A stretch of DNA of 64,000 bases from Takakia lepidozioides (taxonomy: Eukaryota; Plantae; Bryophyta), in the NCBI GenBank assembly GCA_030704615.1, contig CM060731.1, positions 89,776,001 through 89,840,000 of the forward strand, given 5' to 3'. Below are positions 62,246-64,000 of the stretch, in pieces; the first letter of the stretch is position 1, and each line of letters begins with the position of its first letter. The position numbers and the translations under genes were made by a program. A model generated the notes under the pieces. It was not told where the DNA came from and did no database searches. It saw nothing but the letters and a program-made list of their open reading frames with translations.

Positions 62246-64000
62246 CTCCTGTTAGTACCATGATTTGGTATTCTTCCTGATGTTTACAAGGTTCTTGGGA
62301 GAGTAAGCTTGGTCTTAGTAGGCCGTGTTTCAATCTCTGCCCACTCAGCTGCACCGTGGTGGTTCTCACTGACCAATCCGACATTACCTAACTACAGACA
62401 CAAGCAGCACACACTAGAGGTCATCTTGGGTTCATGTTCAGTCAAATCCTCCATGGGTCATGACACAAGGTCGAGGACAATGTGGTGAGGGCACAGGTTC
62501 TTCTTCGACCTATTTCAGCCTGTTTTGCCCTCTCATCAGACCCGGCCCTGAATTTGAATCACGGAACAGAGCTGGCATGACCTTTTTAAAGATCCTTCAG
62601 GAGGGTGCGACAACCGCAATCGCAAAGGGTGGATTTTTCTTAATGTATGATGTGAAGAAGTTTGTCCATCCTGCAAATGTGGGTTGTTGGCTCCTGTTAG
62701 TACCGTGATTTGGTATTCTTCCTGATGTTTACAAGGTTCTTGGGAGAGTTAGCTTGGTCTTAGCAGGCCGTGTTTCAATCTCTGCCCACTCAGCTGCACC
62801 GTGGTGCATGTTCTCACTGACCAATCCGACATTACCTAACTACAGACACAAGCAGCACACACTAGAGGTCATCTTGGGTTCATGTTCAGTCAAATCCTCC
62901 ATGGGTCATGACACAAGGTCGAGGACAATGTGGTGAGGGCACCTTCTTCTTCAACCTATTTCAGCCTGTTTTGCCCTCTCATCAGACTCGGCCCTGAATT
63001 TGAATCATGGAACAGAGCTGGCATGAGCTTTTTAAAGATCCTTTAGGAGGGTGCGACAACCGCAATCGCAAAGTGTGGCTTTTTCTTAATGTATGATGTG
63101 AAGAAGTTTGTCCATCCTGCAAATGTGGGTTGTTGGCTCCTGTTAGAACCATGATTTGATATTCTACCTGATGTTTATAAGGTTCTTGGGAGAGTCAGCT
63201 TGGTCTTAGCAGGCTGTGTTTCAATCTCTGCCCACTCAGCTACACCGTGGTGCATGTTCTCACTGACCAATCCGACATTACCTAACTAAAGACACAAGCA
63301 GCACACACAAGACGTCATCTTGGGTTCATGTTCAGTCAAATCCTCCATGGGTCATGACACAAGGTCGAGGACAATGTGGTGAGGGCACCTTCTTCTTCAA
63401 CCTATTTCAGCCTGTTTTGCCCTCTCATCAGACTCGGCCCTGAATTTGAATCATGGAACAGAGCTGGCATGAGCTTTTTAAAGATCCTTTAGGAGGGTGC
63501 GACAACCGCAATCGCAAAGTGTGGCTTTTTCTTAATGTATGATGTGAAGAAGTTTGTCCATCCTTCAAATGTGGGTTGTTGGCTCCTGTTAGTACCATGA
63601 TTTGGTATACTTCCTGATGTTTATAAGGTTCTTGGGAGAGTCAGCTTGGTCTTAGCAGGCTGTGTTTCAATGTCTGCCTGCTCATCTGCACCGTGGTGCA
63701 GGTTCTCACTGACCAATCCGACATTACCTAACTACAGACACAAGCAGCACACACAAGAGGTCATCTTGGGTTCATGTTCAGTCAAATCCTCCATGGGTCA
63801 TGACACAAGGTCGAGGACAATGTGGTGAGGGCACAGGTTCTTCTTCGACCTATTTCAGCCTGTTTTGCCCTCTCATCAGACTCGGCCCTGAATTTGAATC
63901 ACGGAACAGAGCTGGCATGAGCTTTTTAAAGATCCTTCAGGAGGGTGCGACAACCGCAATCGCAAAGTGTGGCTTTTTCTTAATGTATGATGTGAAGAAG
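62246..64000. repeat. Tandem satellite, 445-446-bp unit, ~4 copies, continuing past the window end
   Basis: Units start CTCCTGTTAG at 62246, 62691, 63137 and 63583; high visible identity. Confidence 0.97.

Overview
Eukaryotic, TE-dense genomic DNA. The spliceosomal introns, plant iMet PBS and TE families suggest a non-seed land plant, most likely a moss (inference). One clear host gene is present: a dual-specificity protein phosphatase on the minus strand (~43.8-47.1 kb). The rest is nested, mostly decayed mobile DNA. (i) 1-7.4 kb: a hAT transposase, a RING-H2 gene and arrays of GCGACCGCC..GGCGGTCGC palindromes. (ii) ~7.45-33.3 kb: a large Sola1-like DDD-transposase element carrying a ParB/DGQHR-like gene, an FCP1-like phosphatase and an orphan ORF, and studded with at least 17 copies of the 16-bp palindrome ACGGGAGRYCTCCCGT. 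Nested inside it are a full-length Ty3/Gypsy chromovirus (10848-17831) and a Mutator-like element with a 9-bp TSD and a foldback palindrome array (23876-31647). (iii) 34.9-42.4 kb: an L1-type LINE interrupted by a hAT MITE and by a kinase-bearing segment. (iv) 56.7-61.6 kb: a rearranged Gypsy-type element whose polyprotein contains a DNMT3-like cytosine methyltransferase domain after the protease, plus an inverted integrase-tail/PHD fragment. (v) 62.2 kb to the end: a 446-bp tandem satellite. The two strongest leads are the ParB-like gene co-located with element-restricted parS-like palindromes, and the DNMT-carrying retrotransposon. All family calls come from motif recognition by eye; no database searches were run.
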